A stretch of DNA of 57,100 nucleotides, filler included, from Jimgerdemannia flammicorona (lineage: Eukaryota): the NCBI GenBank assembly GCA_003990765.1. It is 4 parts of 4 records of this genome, joined end to end, with 100 filler letters (N's around TTAATTAATTAA, not from the genome) between each part and the next. Parts side by side here need not be neighbours in the genome. Positions count along the whole stretch, not along the records: positions 1 to 18,187 come from RBNJ01002272.1; positions 18,288 to 36,474 come from RBNJ01002273.1; 2 more parts are not named here. One strand, given 5' to 3'. Position numbers and translations under genes: made by a program. Below, piece by piece: positions 12,971 through 24,785 of the stretch. The notes below the pieces were generated by a model. The model was not told the DNA's origin and made no database searches. It was given only the letters and a program-made list of their open reading frames with translations. The first letter of the stretch is position 1. Each line of letters starts with the position of its first letter.

Positions 12971-13166
12971 CATGGATGGCGTAAATGGGCGACAATAGGG
13001 TGTGTGTAGTGACGGCAGCGTAATACACATAATTTTTGTGGTGGACAGAAATACAAGGAATGTTCCACGCATCGACCACGCATCGGCCACGCTTTCACGT
13101 CAACAGGGTAATGAGGTCGCACGGACTTAAACATTGAGTTAGACATCGCACCCGTGCATCTGGGTG

Positions 13167-13176
13167 GTGACGTCAC
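13167..13176. promoter_or_regulatory. Perfect CRE-like palindrome GTGACGTCAC
   Basis: About 170 bp upstream of the ATG at 13346. Motif match only. Confidence 0.35.
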
Positions 13177-13345
13177 TCAGGGTAGAGGACGTTTCTGTGG
13201 TTCACTTTCCGCAGCTCACTCGAAATTGACCATCATTGAAACAACTCCGCACTCCGCTTCCGTCGCTCCAGACACAACCACCACCACCCACCGTCACAAT
13301 CAAACTCTTCCTTCCATCCACCTCATCACCTCCCACCCCGCCGCT

Positions 13346-16300
13346 ATGACCACGGACTACGACCGCCCCACTGGCCCTGGCCCGGCACTACACCACCCGC
13401 AGAACCCGATCAACAAGCAGCCGTATCGTCCGAACGGCAACCAGGGTCCGCAGGCATTCGCCTCGAACCCCCCCCCTTTTCCCAATAATACCCAGCCCTT
13501 TGTGTCAAACTACCCCGACAACGGCGCCCCGCAGTCCGTGATAAATGCCGGCCAGTTCATAGCCCAGAACGCGAATCCGGCCGGTCCAGCTCAGATCACC
13601 CAGACCCAGCTCGGTGGTACCGTGCAAGGAACCGTGCTGAACTCTGACGGTGGGAGGATTTTGTGCGTCGCGGACGTGAGAGGTGAGTTCGAAGAGATTA
13701 GGATGAGGTGAAGAACAAAATCTAGGTGGTATGGGAAGATGAAAGTGTGGTTGGTGCACATCGAGCGCGGGATTGAACGCGGGGAGGTTTTGGACGAGTG
13801 GTGGGAACGATCTTCGATGCTTGTTGACACGCGACGGTCCTCATTGTGATTCTCTCCAAGCCCCCGGCCTCATCTCGTCATTCGAGCTGGCCAACGCTTT
13901 CTTACCTCGAGTTCGGTTGGCAAGTGCAAGTTTCCGATCGTTAACGCCCAGGTCGGGCAGTTAGAACCTTGGAGAGGGCCAGTTATTGCTTGTCATCTAT
14001 CTCACTATATAGTTTGCAGCGATGACTACCCCTCAACTCCGTAGACATCACTGGCAGGCCCCGTTCCTCGTATACCACGTTTAAAAATCGTCCTTGAAAT
14101 GCCATCGGCACCACGCCGCTTTTCATGCCCTACTTCCAATCCTACTAAAGTCGCGCGAATCAAACGCTAATACCTATCCGCTCTTTCAACCACCACCCAC
14201 CCTCCTTCACCCCAACTCGCAGGTAATATCTCTCAACTGAACCAGCTCGCAGAAGAGACCAACGCGAAATATATCATCCACACCGGCGATTTTGGGTTCT
14301 ATGGTAAACCGTCGGAAATATGGAGGGTGATGGGGAAGGGAAGGTTGTGGTCGCACGGTGGTTGGCTCCGGGGGCGGTTGTGGGATTCTGTTAATTGGGT
14401 CGGTTGCTCATTTGCTTGTTTCGAAAACGCCTTCGCCCCCGTCCCTTTGCTACGAAATCCTTCGATCTGACCCATTTCTCGCGTACGTACAGAACGCGAG
14501 AGTTTAGAAAGAATCAGCGACAGGTAAATATCCACCCACCTCTCACCTACTTCCCACCCACTTCCCTCCCATGCACCCTATCTACCTTACTTTTACCTGC
14601 GCTAACCGTTCCCACTCCCGACTCAACCTCCTCAGGACCCTAAAACACCTCGTTCAGTACAGCACTCTTATCCCTCCGCACGTCCGCTCACGGCTCAACA
14701 CGTCTCCTCCTGAATATGTCCGTCGCACGATCCAGCAATCCCCTGTACCTTACCTCTCGGAGTTCCCCTCCTACCTCACGGGAGAGAAGCGCCTCAACGT
14801 ACCCGTCTACACCGTCTGGGGCGCCTGCGAAGACGTGGTCGTGCTCGAGAGGTTCCGCTCCGGAGAGTACATTGTGCATAACCTTCATGTCCTGGATGAG
14901 GCCACCACCGGGCTGATCGATGTTGGAGGCGTTAGCCTGAGGCTGTTTGGATTGGGCGGTGCTGTTGTGCAGCATAAACTGTTTGATAATGGCGAGGGCG
15001 TTGATACCATTGCAGGAGGGGCGGGGACCATGTGGACGACCGCGTTGCAGATTGGAGAGTTGGTCGAGACGGCGCAGAACGTGAGTAGGGGGCTTTTTTA
15101 TATTTATTTTATTTTTTCGGGTTGTTTTACTTGCTTAGTCTCTTGGGAAGGAGAAAGGGTGGCGTTGTTGTTGTATTGACTATTTTACCATATTTTTGGT
15201 TGGATTTTGACACCGGTTGCCACTAATTTTGTCATGGACATCATGTTGGTGAAGTTTTGGGTTCCTATCCGTCAAAAATATTTGTTCACCATCGTTCACA
15301 TCTATGCATTCCACGATTTCTCAGGTCTACGACGCGTCTGAAACCCGTGTCTTGGTCACGCATGCCAGCCCTGGCCGCGAAGGACTGTTGGCGCAGCTGG
15401 CGCTGATCTTGAGGGTGCGTTTTATGGAATTTGTTTTGGCTTACTTAAGGCTGACGAAAAGGGGGGTTTTTTTATTGTTTGTTTGTTGGAAATAGGTACT
15501 ATAGGTTGGCTTGGTATTCAAATATTACATTTTATTTACTTTTATGAATATTAATATATATTATAATTCCCTCCTCTCCTACCGCCTATAGGCCGATTTC
15601 ACCATCTCCGCGGGCCTCCATTTCCGCTATGGTATCTCATACAACGAGTTCTCGGTGCAGGCCGACCAGGAACATTACCGTAACCGTCTGTTGCAGAGCC
15701 AGAAGGGCTTCATGCAGATGTGGGATACTATTAAAGAACAGGTGGAGAACTACGTCGAGTAGGTTTTCGGGAATTGTTTTGGGGAGGTAGCGTGTTCAAA
15801 TAGGCGGAATTTTTTTTGTGAATGAGGGGTGGGTGGGCGAGGGTGGCGCGGTACCGGGGGAGTTTGAATACCAGAATTACCAAATTTCTTTTATATATAA
15901 ATTTTTGGGCATAGGTCAGGAAAAGGAGCGAAATATATATGTATATATCAAATTCCTGCAAGTTCGCTAATTTTCATTGCATCTCGCGCCATCCCTTCCG
16001 CCCAGCGACCGCCAAAACGTCCTCCTCCAGAACGCCCTCACCGTGGTCAACCGGCTCCCCCCCTCGATCCGGGACCCGAACGCTCCCGAGATCCCGACGC
16101 TCCTAGCCCCTTCGGACAAAGACGAGCAAGCTTTCAAGAATATGTGGAACTTCAACCTCCCCGACGCGGCCTTTGGGTGGCTTGTCCTTGAAGTAGCCCA
16201 TGGACGCGTCAGCGCTGAGTCCAAAGCGCAAGGATTCAACTTCTCGTACCGCCGGTCAACCGTCCAGGTCTCGCAGGCTCCCACGGGCCCTGTGCAGATG

Positions 16301-16401
16301 TCATCACCGCAATCGCAGCACCAGCAGCAACAGCAACCAAACGCCGCCCGGCGTCAGCAGCAGCAACAGCAGCAGCAACAGCTGCCGCAGCAGCCGCAGC
16401 C

Positions 16402-16440
<39 letters not shown>

Positions 16441-17436
16441 CCAGGACAACAACGAGAGTCTGCGCCACCACCAGCAGCAACAGCTGCACCAAGGCGGACA
16501 CGATAACCAACACTCGCTCGTGAGCGACAGGGACGACGATGGGGCTTCCGGGTGGGATACACCGAACGCGAACGGGCAGAGCGATTGGAGTGAGGTTACA
16601 GCCCAGGAGCAGCAGCAGCAGGGAGGATGGAAAGATACCGCAAGCAGTCAGAGGGGTAAACAGCAGAGGAGGCAGAGTATGGTGAGTTGATCGGCTTTTT
16701 TCTTCTTTTTTTATGTTGGGAAAGCGCCTAGGAGATCGGGGAAGAGGGCCTTACGCAATATAGTCGTGATGAATGAAGTGCGTAGCTTTATGGCTGTTGT
16801 TACACGAGAAATATGATTACGTCCTTTCTTGTGCTGGTCTGACACGTTTGATCATCTTTTTTCGCAGAGGAGCCCATACTCGGCATACGTCGGTGGAATG
16901 CAATCTGGCACGGTCAGTGAGGAGGAAATCAGGGACTTCTTTGGCCGCGATAATGTAAGTTTGAGGGTTCAGGGGTGCTTTTGGTTTGGGAAGGCTGGGG
17001 GTTTCTTTTCCAAATGCGTTTGCGAATTTACAAATACACCGACACGCAAAGTAAAGAAGAAATAGAGAGAATAACATATCGTTACCGAATGACGTCATTC
17101 ATCCAGATCACCAACGTCCGCTTCCCCGTCGACTATAATACTGGTGAGAAGAGGGCGCACTGTTACGTTGACTTCACAAACGAAGATACGCTGGAGGTCG
17201 GCCTGTCGCGCAACGGTTCGGAGCTGAAAAGTTTCAAGCTCACCATCAACCGACCAAATCCGCCTTACGAATCCGGACGTGGGCGGGGCAACCGCGGCGG
17301 GCGCGGCGGACGCGGCGCGTTCCACGGAGCGTACCGCGGTGGTGCTGGCGGTGCCGGCGGTGCCGGCGGTGCCGGCCCGTCGTCAGGCCCCTCCGGCTCC
17401 GCCACCCCACAAGGAGGGGGCGGTGCGGACTTCTGA
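13346..17436 (+). CDS. Calcineurin-like metallophosphoesterase-fold protein (fungal DUF2433-type) with polyQ, a C-terminal RRM and an RGG tail, 9 exons
   Basis: Exons 13346-13682, 14223-14303, 14493-14523, 14636-15080, 15325-15414, 15592-15758, 16006-16681, 16868-16954, 17107-17436, all GT-AG and in phase. Motifs are RILCVADVRG, IHTGDFGFY, VYTVWGACED, LVTHASP and ISAGLHF; RNP2-like AYVGGM and RNP1-like RAHCYVDF; and GRGRGNRGGRGGRG. Confidence 0.88.
16316..16484 (+). repeat. Coding CAG/CAA repeats (polyglutamine tracts)
   Basis: Several (CAG)n runs, including about 12 consecutive CAG near 16403-16438. Confidence 0.9.
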
Positions 17437-18187
17437 AATGAGGCTGCGGTGAAACCCACGGGGAAGCGGGTTGCGACCATCGTTGAGGTCGTGACCACTG
17501 ATGGTGAGAGGTGGAGGAAGATTGAGGTGCTCTGAATGGGTTCGGGGTCTTGCCGCAGATTCGAAATTGGAGGGTATGATGTGGTGTGTGCGTTGTTGTT
17601 GGACGAATGCTTGTCAATCGATGACCGGTCGGATTTGGATTCCACTTTCATGCAGGGCGACGGCGTTTGTTCATGAGCGTTGTCGTGGGTAGACCGGCGT
17701 CGCTACAGACTCAGGTTTGGCTTTGCGAGTCTCAGTTCCTGGTCCATAAATATTCCTGCATTTTGTTCTTGTTCTCTTGCTCTTTGCTTCTTTGCTATAT
17801 AGTTCATCCTTGCGATCACGACATGCACCAAGAATTCATTGTGGCGCATGATTCTATCTGCTCCCCCCTTTTTTTCTTTTTCTTCCTTTCTTCCTTGTTC
17901 TTTTTTGCATCATTGATATATTCTACTAGTTTTTACGATATGGCTATCATTAGAGACCATCGTGATTTTTGTTTTCTTTGTCGCTCTTGTGTTTTATGTT
18001 TTAGGGTATAATCGTTGCTTGTTCATCATTTTGGTTCTGCGTCTTTTTTCTGTTTTGGATTGAAAGGGGGGTTTTCGTGCCATCCGTGACCTTTTCGGGG
18101 TTCTCGTTTCATCGCCCTTCGGTTGCTTCGCCCTTTTGGTGCCCCCTCTTGCTCACATCTTTCGCGTCCAAAAAAAAAAAAGGAAAA

Positions 18188-18287
18188 NNNNNNNNNNNNN
18201 NNNNNNNNNNNNNNNNNNNNNNNNNNNNNNNTTAATTAATTAANNNNNNNNNNNNNNNNNNNNNNNNNNNNNNNNNNNNNNNNNNNN
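18188..18287. other. Artificial contig linker
   Basis: N44-TTAATTAATTAA-N44, a six-frame stop spacer. Confidence 0.98.
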
Positions 18288-18800
18288 TTTTATTTTAATA
18301 TTTAATATTATTAAGAACTACTTATAAAATAATTGAAATTAATAAAAAGAAGTATGGTAATTCAGAAAAGGCAGCTTTATTTTTCACACTAGCAGAATTT
18401 CTTTAACTGATATTTCTGAAAATATTTTAGATGAAATTTACAAATTTCTATATCTAATATAAAAAATAATTAGTAATAAAGCTCTTGCTATAGTATTATG
18501 ATTAGAGAAGGGTAAGACAGTTTCTGACTTAAAACTACAGAATGTTACTATTAATTTTTTACTTATTATCTAGTACCTTATAGATATATTTTCTATAAGA
18601 ATATTTATAATGCTAAGCTTCTTAGTCTAAAATACTGAACGATATTTTAACAACTTTTTAGTAAAAATAGTTTTGGGATTTATCAAAGTCATAAGTTAGT
18701 AGAAATACTACAAATTCTTCAAATAAAAGAAAAGAGAGAGATAAACAAATATCACCTAGCATTCAATGAATTGTTGGAAAGACTGAGAGATTAGTATTTT
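18288..18800 (+). mobile_element. Possible highly decayed hAT transposase C-terminus
   Basis: Only a TERYFN...GFI-like remnant resembling the hAT dimerisation ERxFS motif, in very AT-rich, stop-riddled DNA. Confidence 0.25.
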
Positions 18801-19241
18801 AAAATAGAAGAAACTAGAAATATCAGACATACTGACAATTTTGTAAATATCTTAGCAGCTACTTTAAATCCTATATTTATAACTTAAGATAAATAGTCTT
18901 ATTATCTTCTATTATTATTTATTTTATTTTTACAAGATTTTTTTTTTTTTTTTTTTTTTTTTTCTATTTTATAAAATTAAATTCACAACTATCTCTAATT
19001 ATAATAAGTAGCAAATTGATAATTTATAAAAATAATTCTAGTAATACTGAGTTATAATAATATATACTTTAGTAAATTCTCTTTCTTAGGAGTTTACTAA
19101 AACTTGATAGTATCAGAAATTATTTTTAGAAATTATCAATTTGCTAGCTTGCTTATTATAATTGAAGTCTCATAATAAGAATAGTTGGAAATTTAATTAT
19201 ACATCATGATATCTGATGTAATAGAGAGTAGATTATTTATA

Positions 19242-19389
19242 TTTACAATAATAATAATAATTACATTAGCTCATACACTAGCCTCATATATTAGTCTCTA
19301 GTATATAAACTAAATATAGGCTAATTAAACTAATATATGAGCTAGTATATAGCTGATATATAGTCTAATATAATTATTATTATTGTGAA
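19242..19389. repeat. ~148-bp foldback (imperfect inverted repeat), MITE-like
   Basis: ACAATAATAATAATAATTACATTAG...CTCATATATTAGT is mirrored by ACTAATATATGAG...CTAATATAATTATTATTATTGT. Confidence 0.6.
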
Positions 19390-22300
19390 CATTTCTTAGT
19401 ATAGAATAATCTATAGGTTTACTTTATATATATATATCAGAGTTATGAATATAGTTCAAACTAAAACAAAGTCTCTAAGGTAAGAACTATTATTCCAGTT
19501 GGTTTCAGTATATGCAGTATAGTTTCAGTTCAATTTATCAATTAGCTAGTTTATCTCAGCTTACCTCAGTAGTAGTATACTTAGTTAGTATACCTCAGAG
19601 TATCTTTTATTTACCACAAGGTATCTCTAGGCTAAACAATAGCTGAATAATAGCTTAGCATCAGTATTTTATATAATATTAGTCTTTAGTAGTAGCTCTT
19701 AAGCTATTTTTATACACTTTATATAAGTATATATATATTCTCTATTTACTACTCTTAAGGCTTTTTACTAGTATCAGTACTGATCTCATCTCAGATATAT
19801 TTACAAATTCCAAATACTGCTAGTTTATATATATTATAGAAGAAGTAACTTATTGTACTTTATTATAAGCATTATTTGTCTATTAATAGTATCAAAATAT
19901 ATTGATCATATATCTCAAAGACTCTCATCTACTACCTACTCCTATATTCTCCATAACTCTCTCTATTAATGATATATTAATTGAGTGTCTTCTTCTGGCT
20001 ATTATGGTATACCTGGCAGGTAACCCTCCTTTGATTCTGATGTTTATATCTTTAGCTATTTTCTTCATAATACTATTTGGCCCAGTCCTCAATACTCTAT
20101 AACCCACTACTATGCTCTCTACTATCTTATCTAGTATACTGACCATTACTTTACTAGTGTATCATAGTGAGTCTCTGTCATCCTTTATCTTAGATATAGT
20201 TTTATGATATGACTGGGTATCAGTAGATCTGCTGGCTTCTTTAGATACTGGAGACTATCAAATCTTAGCTGAATAGACTGGCTCCACCTTAATTTCACAG
20301 GTTAACATTAAGCAGAAGTCCAACTATCTCTCACCTAATTGTGATTTAGACCTCTTTCTCTAACTTGAGGCTCTTTTCAATATTCAGAGCACACTCTCAG
20401 CCCTAGGTACTATGAAACTAATAACTTATATATATAGTATATACTACTCAACTTCTAGCCTATACTATCTTCATTATTAAAATATTTAATAACTGTTATA
20501 ACTGGGTCACTTTGTAGTATTTTGACTGACAGGTCCAGACCTTGAAGGCTTTCTTCCCAGAGCTGGACATCAGTAATCCAGAGGTAATTTGATATATATT
20601 TGAGATAGTAGTTAGTTAATCAATAGCTACTCTAGTTGTATTTTAGTTAACCTATTATTATAACTCTATAGCTTTACTCATAAGCTCTAAAAACCAGTCT
20701 ATATATACTCTCTTGTGCTTTTAGTATAGAGTATAGAGATACTTATCTACTTTCTACACTCAAGTATCCCTTCAACACCTAAGATTTACTATCAAACTAG
20801 ATAATCTCCTATTATATAATAGTACTCTTAGCTCTATCTGTCAAAACTTCAATAGTTATAGCTATTATAGTAACTATGATAGATCTCATATCTATATTTT
20901 CTACTATAAATCTCATATAACCATAGTATGTTCTGCTTGCTACAACTAATCTTACTATCTCTCTATCCACTTCCAACTCTTGTACTCTCTATTACTTAGA
21001 GATCTAGTATAGTGCTCTATACTCTCATTCTGACCAGTCACTTATTTAGTATTACCTAACTGGCCTTTAAAATAGCTACTTCTATAGTAATTATTTATAT
21101 CCAGAACTTCATATAAACCTCTTATCTAATAATCTCTCTTCTGCTTTTATCAACTAAGTAGTTCTCTCTGATAACATTTTGATAAAACTTGTCACTAATA
21201 GTACCTTGACTCCTTTCTATCACTCTTTACTCTCTCTTTTGAATTCTGCCTCTTTTACAATATCTCTCTGAGTATTATTCTCAAAAAATATCTACTAAGC
21301 TCTATACAATTCAACATCTATTATTCTCTGAGAGTACCTCTATCAATAATGGTATTAACTCTGAGAAATTCTCTATCTAATATCAATCTATTTAGAAAAT
21401 CATCCAGCTTCTCATCTTTATTAGTTCTACTACTCTCTTCTGGAAGATCAATGTTGCTGATATATTTTGCATTATTCCTATTTATTAATCTGACTGGACA
21501 ATATAGAGCATCTGCTGGCTTGGTCTATTCTTCCTTAATATATATCTCCCATTGGCCTATATTCTGCTTCTTTTTCTTTATCTTTATCTTACTTATAAAT
21601 CTCTTTATATATATATACTACTAGCTATATAACCTTTCTAATTTATCTATATATCATATATCCACTTCTATACTATTGCTGCTCAGTTTGATCTTTCACT
21701 CAAGCTCTCCAAGAACATTCCCCCCTTTCTAACTATTGAATATATAAATTTTCTACTAGATATCTCTACTATAACTATCAGCCTTTTTATGAACAAATGT
21801 GAGTACATCTTTGTAGTCCTTGCTGACTGGCTTACTCTTTTCAATAATGCTCACTGTCCTTACCCATGTCTCATCATAAGGCTTAGTTACTATAAGGTTA
21901 TTTAATATATATTATTTAGATCTTACCTAATGGAAAAGTATTTTGTAATTCTATTATCTACTTTGCTATAGTATAGAGGTCTCTATATATTAGATATCAC
22001 TATCTGTTCAACTATCTCATTATCAACTTATATTAGTAATAAGACATATTGTACTTATGGACAGATTATTGCCTGCTTTTCTATTCTAATTGGTTTAACT
22101 ATAGTCTCTTTATAGATATATCAGACTCTCTCAGTACTGGTATCTGGTTTGATTAGTACTGGTGAAGTGTTCATTGAGTCTCTTTCTTTTTTGACTCAGA
22201 CAGATATGATATCTTTTAGAAAGAGATATTCACTATCTGAGTTTCACTTATACTCTGGAACCCATCTCTCTACTCTCATCAGATCATCTTATAGTATAAT

Positions 22301-23836
22301 AGCCAACCCTGTATTAATTCTTTAACCAGGAGTTATGCTTCTCACTATCCTCTCATTAATGACCTCCTTTGCTAGATTGTTATTCTTTGTCTTAATCTTG
22401 GCTTTGATATCTAAGCCCAATATATCTCTTCTGAGTCTAATCCTGCTGATTCTTTATTCCATTTTGTATACCTTCTAATCTATTTACAGGACTCACTTTC
22501 ATCCCAGGTAGTATCTCTCTTTGACTTTACAATTATCTTGATACCTACTTATATCAGTATACCTATATCTATATCAGTAGTATCTGCCCAGAAATTAACT
22601 CTCTTCTCTGTTTTCTTACTATTTGCCATATCTCCAAACTAGCTGCTTTTCTACTGACTGATGATCATTTTAGTTATTAGACTTTATAGTTAGCTAATGA
22701 GAGGAAGTCCCATACAACTATTAAGAATTACTTCTATAATCTTACTACTTATTAAACTTATTAAGTAGCTCACTGGTGGGACTCAGCTCTATAGTATACT
22801 AATGTACCATTATTTGACATTGTCCTTAAGAATATTACTGCCAACTCTCTCTAGACACTCTATCTCTGTAATATCTGCCTATTATCTATTAATATCTTTG
22901 GTAGGTCTGATACCATTTATATCTCAATACTTCATTCAGTATGATGGTTTGAGCTACTACCTGCATAGTATTCTATAGTCTGATGAGAATAGGTAAATTA
23001 ACAATCCAGAATAGTTAGGTATTTAACCTGTCCTATCAGATTTATCATCATTACCTTCAATACTACTGAGACCATTCCCTCACCTATCTATTCTAGTCAA
23101 TTTATCTATTCTATACAAAGATAGGTTTAGCTAGTAAAGTGTTTTTCAGGTTCTCTGGAGTCTTTAATTACTCTTACTTAGCAATTGATCAGATAGTTCA
23201 GGCTATATCAGTTTAATCTAATAATTCTGCCTTCTGTTTAAGGCTTATATAGCTCCTGTTTATATGACCTTTATTAATACTATCTAGTTTGTATTATCTG
23301 GCTCTGTCTTGATATCTGGGATCCACAGTCACTTCTTTTATATTAGTAGTACTACTCTTATGACAGCTGCTGGCTATTTTGATTACATTATTCAACTGGC
23401 TGGCTACTGGAAATCTTCTGTCTTTCTGCACTATATTCATCAACTTAACTATCATTCTTTACATAATGTCATATAGTAGTTGCTAAGTTCTTTAAATATG
23501 CCAGATTCTCTTCAAGGTGTATCTCTTAGACTAACTCAAGTTTGTTATAAGCAAGTTCTTATTGGAGTACCTTTCCAAGGTCTTATAGTCCTCAAACTTC
23601 TTATCTTTAAACTATCTTGTTATCTTTTAGATTGCTTGCAAGGAAGTGTATATATTGCACTAAGTAGACTAAATAGACTGACTTTATTTCAGAGGAAATA
23701 AGAGGAGTATTTATATAAAATATAATTCAATAATTGCTAAGATATAAAGCTAAATATAAATTCCAATAACTAAAATGAAATGCTAGGACAAAAAAAACTG
23801 CTAAGTTCTAGGGTCAGTACTAATAGTTATACAGAT

Positions 23837-23969
23837 TCAGAATACTGGTATAATTCAGTATTACATCAGAATGCTGGTACTGGTATAACTCAGTATTATA
23901 TCAGAATGCCAGTGCTGGCATAACTCAGTGTTACATCAGAATGCCAGTACTGGCATAACTCAGTGTAAC
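23837..23969. repeat. ~35-bp tandem repeat (about 4 units) inside the LTR; also at ~32377-32507
   Basis: TCAGAATGCCAGTACTGGCATAACTCAGTGTTACA-like units. One unit contains the 16-bp palindrome ATGCCAGTACTGGCAT. Confidence 0.85.
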
Positions 23970-23978
23970 CAAAGAACT

Positions 23979-24785
23979 TCAGAGTAGAATGTTCAAGACC
24001 ATAGGGGCTTCATTCTTGTCATCACTGAAGGAGATAAGATCTGCAAATTTATCATTATCATGCATTTTGCATGCTTCAATATCATGCAGAATGACATCAT
24101 TGCTGATGATGTCATCACATTCAGTAGTGATAGGAAGGAGGTCTGGTGCTCTCCAGTCTATGAGGTTCTCTTCTACAAAATAGGGGACAAATGTGGGGTC
24201 TTAGGGAGGTCTAATCTAGATGCTTGGGCCTTGAAATACTGAGATCAATCCTTGCAGGAATTGGTCTGGGTTGTCCTGGAGGATGGGATGCCAGAAGTCT
24301 TCTACTTCATCACTATTGAGAGTGATAGTGGACTGGGCTTCTATAGCTACCCTGGTTTCTAGTGTATTGATATAGTGAGATGACAGATCTCTGAAATCTG
24401 AGACTCTAATATACTCTAAGTTAGGGATCAACCATGGTATATGTCTGAAGATCTGATGGATCTTCTTAGCTGTCCTTGCTTCATATATATCTATAGAAGT
24501 GGTATCTTGTAACTCTTGGGGGCTGGTCTGTGGGAACTCCTGGCAGAGGAGATTTTCTATTTCATACTCCTGTCACATTTGGAGATATTCAGTAGCAATG
24601 GTGATCCTTGTTTCCATTTTATGGTGGTAGAGAATATAATGATAAGGGTCACTAGTATCTAGGTTAACACTAGGAGTCCTTCTTGGGCAGGCCCTCATGG
24701 CTCTTCTGATGTCTTGGAATATTCTTTCTTCAACTGAGATATCTTGGTGGTTTCTTGATCTTGAGGTTTGGCAAGCAGCAGGCAT
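23979..24785 (-). pseudogene. LTR-encoded ORF of unknown function (~268 aa); second copy at ~32518-33330
   Basis: The track ORFs 24573-24785 and 24216-24431 and their continuation to 23979 are all in one frame with three internal stops. The other LTR is open across two of them (track ORF 32518-33033). Confidence 0.75.

Noticed and set aside
16200..16562. Poly-Ser, poly-Ala and poly-Leu ORFs
   Set aside because: Alternative frames and the antisense strand of the CAG repeat.
18232..18243. TTAATTAATTAA palindrome as a biological site
   Set aside because: It is the synthetic six-frame stop inside every N linker.
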